DNA of 63,842 nt, the filler included, from Octopus bimaculoides (taxonomy: Eukaryota): assembly GCF_001194135.2 (NCBI RefSeq). It is 6 parts of 5 records of this genome, joined end to end, with 100 filler letters (N's around TTAATTAATTAA, not from the genome) between each part and the next. Parts side by side here need not be neighbours in the genome. Positions count along the whole stretch, not along the records: positions 57,593 to 62,468 come from NC_068989.1; positions 62,569 to 63,842 come from NW_026414935.1; 4 more parts are not named here. The stretch is one strand, 5' to 3'. Of the stretch, positions 62,233-63,842 are shown one piece after another (within the stretch, counting starts at the first letter, position 1; every line of letters begins with the position of its first letter). Under the pieces are notes generated by a model. The model was not told the origin of the DNA and did not search any database. It saw only the letters and a program-made list of their open reading frames with translations. The position numbers and the translations under genes are program-made.

Positions 62233-62367
62233 ATCGCCAGTACAAACACCATTATCAAGACACTACCGCCTCCACTACTATCACCACCACTCTTATTCTC
62301 ATTGCTACAAACCTGAACGCTTTGTTATCGCACGACGCATGATATGTATCAATTCATTATCTATCTA

Positions 62368-62468
<101 letters not shown>

Positions 62469-62939
62469 NNNNNNNNNNNNNNNNNNNNNNNNNNNNNNNN
62501 NNNNNNNNNNNNTTAATTAATTAANNNNNNNNNNNNNNNNNNNNNNNNNNNNNNNNNNNNNNNNNNNNTCCTGTCTCATTCTCCGTTTTTCTCTCTCTCT
62601 TTTTCTGTCTTTTCGTTTGTGTTTCCCTCCTACTGCTGTAATTTCCTCTCTTTCTCTCTTATACTTCCTTCTGAACATGCTTTACTACCCTTTCTTTCTT
62701 GTCTACTCAGCCTATTGCTCTCTATCTCATAACACTAGAGAAGTTAAACAGCCCTCCAGATCATGTCTTCTCTCTGGTTATTCTTGTCTTTTCTTTCCAG
62801 TGATCATTGCTAGGTTGATTTTAATTAACATTATGTCTGAATTCTCATTAATTCATTAAACTAGTACTTTTATTCCTTTTCATTGGGCCCAATGGTAACA
62901 TGAAGAACATGAACAGAGGAAGATGCAGTTGTTATTAGG

Positions 62940-63500
62940 TGTGACAATGTGGTTACTAGACCTGTTAGTAATAGCAGCTAGATTACCCTCAAATCACTAC
63001 CTACTGTCTCTGAGAAAAGACACATTTGATGATATATTTCTAGAAATACTGCATCAGAAATACAAATGATTAGTAGAAGTTAGAAAGTCGTGGAAAATGT
63101 GATTTAGATGGAGTATGAAGCATAAGTTGGAATGTGCAATGGATGGTGAGCAGTAGGAGAAAAAGGTTGAATAAGCAAGAGAGAAAAGGTAGTCAAGGGT
63201 GTGTATTTGGAAGAGACTAGAACGAATGGTGGTATGCATAAGGCAGTAGGAAGTGGTGCAGTGTATGGGTAGGATTGCAGAGGCAGAATGGAAAACTGGG
63301 GGGAAATAGAGGCGGAAAACTTTGGGGATGAGGTGGCAGTAAAGACAGCGACTGAGAAAGGAAACATGACTAGAGAAGAGTGTTTTTTTGAAAACCAGTA
63401 AGGAAAGATTAATAAAAGGTTGAAAGCAATGGAAAGGAAGCATGGAAAGGTGTTTCTTTCAGCGGTGGTGAAGGTGGAGGCGGAAGGATTTCTTGTTAGG
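62940..63500. other. Strand-biased non-simple sequence, possibly an old retroelement remnant
   Basis: Purine-rich plus strand; a 129-aa minus ORF without a motif I can assign. Confidence 0.25.
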
Positions 63501-63842
63501 CATGGTGGAAAAAGGAAGAAAACAGGAGAGAAAAAGAAGGAAAAAGTTAAAAAGAAAACAAAATTAAAAAGAGAAACAAGGGAGAAGAGAAGAAAAAAAG
63601 AAAAAAGTAAAAGAGGAGAGAGTATGGCAAAGTATTAACGTACAGAATATATAAGTTCAGAAAGTTTAAAGAGTTCAAAAGTCATAATAAACTGGAGTGA
63701 TTTACATCAACAAAAAAATCCAGAGAAATCCGTTAAGGTAGAGTCAGTAGATACAGAGGTACAGACGGACAGACAGACAGACAAACAGATAGATAAATAG
63801 ACAGAAAGACTGACATTCAGACAGACAAATACATATATACAT

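Noticed and set aside
63054-63443. 129-aa minus-strand ORF as a gene
   Set aside because: Composition reflects the pyrimidine bias; no motif or convincing splice context.

Overview
Eukaryotic, AT-rich, repeat-saturated draft-genome window. Roughly a quarter of it is N gaps, most flanked by (AT)n/(CA)n. The SINE families and microsatellite load look like Octopus, but that is recognition from memory and was not tested. No host gene is recognisable with certainty, and almost all long ORFs in the track are gap or microsatellite artefacts. What the sequence supports: (1) many tRNA-derived SINEs, here labelled A (head GGCGAGCTGGCAGAA, core GCCTTTCATCCTTTCGGGGTCGATAAA), B (CORE-like CCTTGGGCAAGTGTCTT, tail GGCCGCAGTCAAATGACTGAAACAAG), C (TTGAGCAAAACACTTCATTTCAC) and D (TTGAGCGAAAACACC..AGCTCCAC); (2) R4/Dong-type REL-endonuclease LINE fragments clustered in (TAA)n arrays at 13.8-16.4 kb and 59.3-61.8 kb; (3) RTE, Tc1 (DD34E) and mariner remnants plus a TA-flanked MITE; (4) Penelope-like element (PLE) remnants (RT and GIY-YIG) and a dense set of type I hammerhead ribozyme motifs. 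One hammerhead has a fully canonical core and a 70-nt stem II insert (45818-45932, minus strand), and several sit in inverted-repeat elements. (5) A speculative phase-compatible four-exon plus-strand ORF with a signal-peptide-like start lies next to a tandem RUNX/GATA-like array. All folds and alignments were done by eye.
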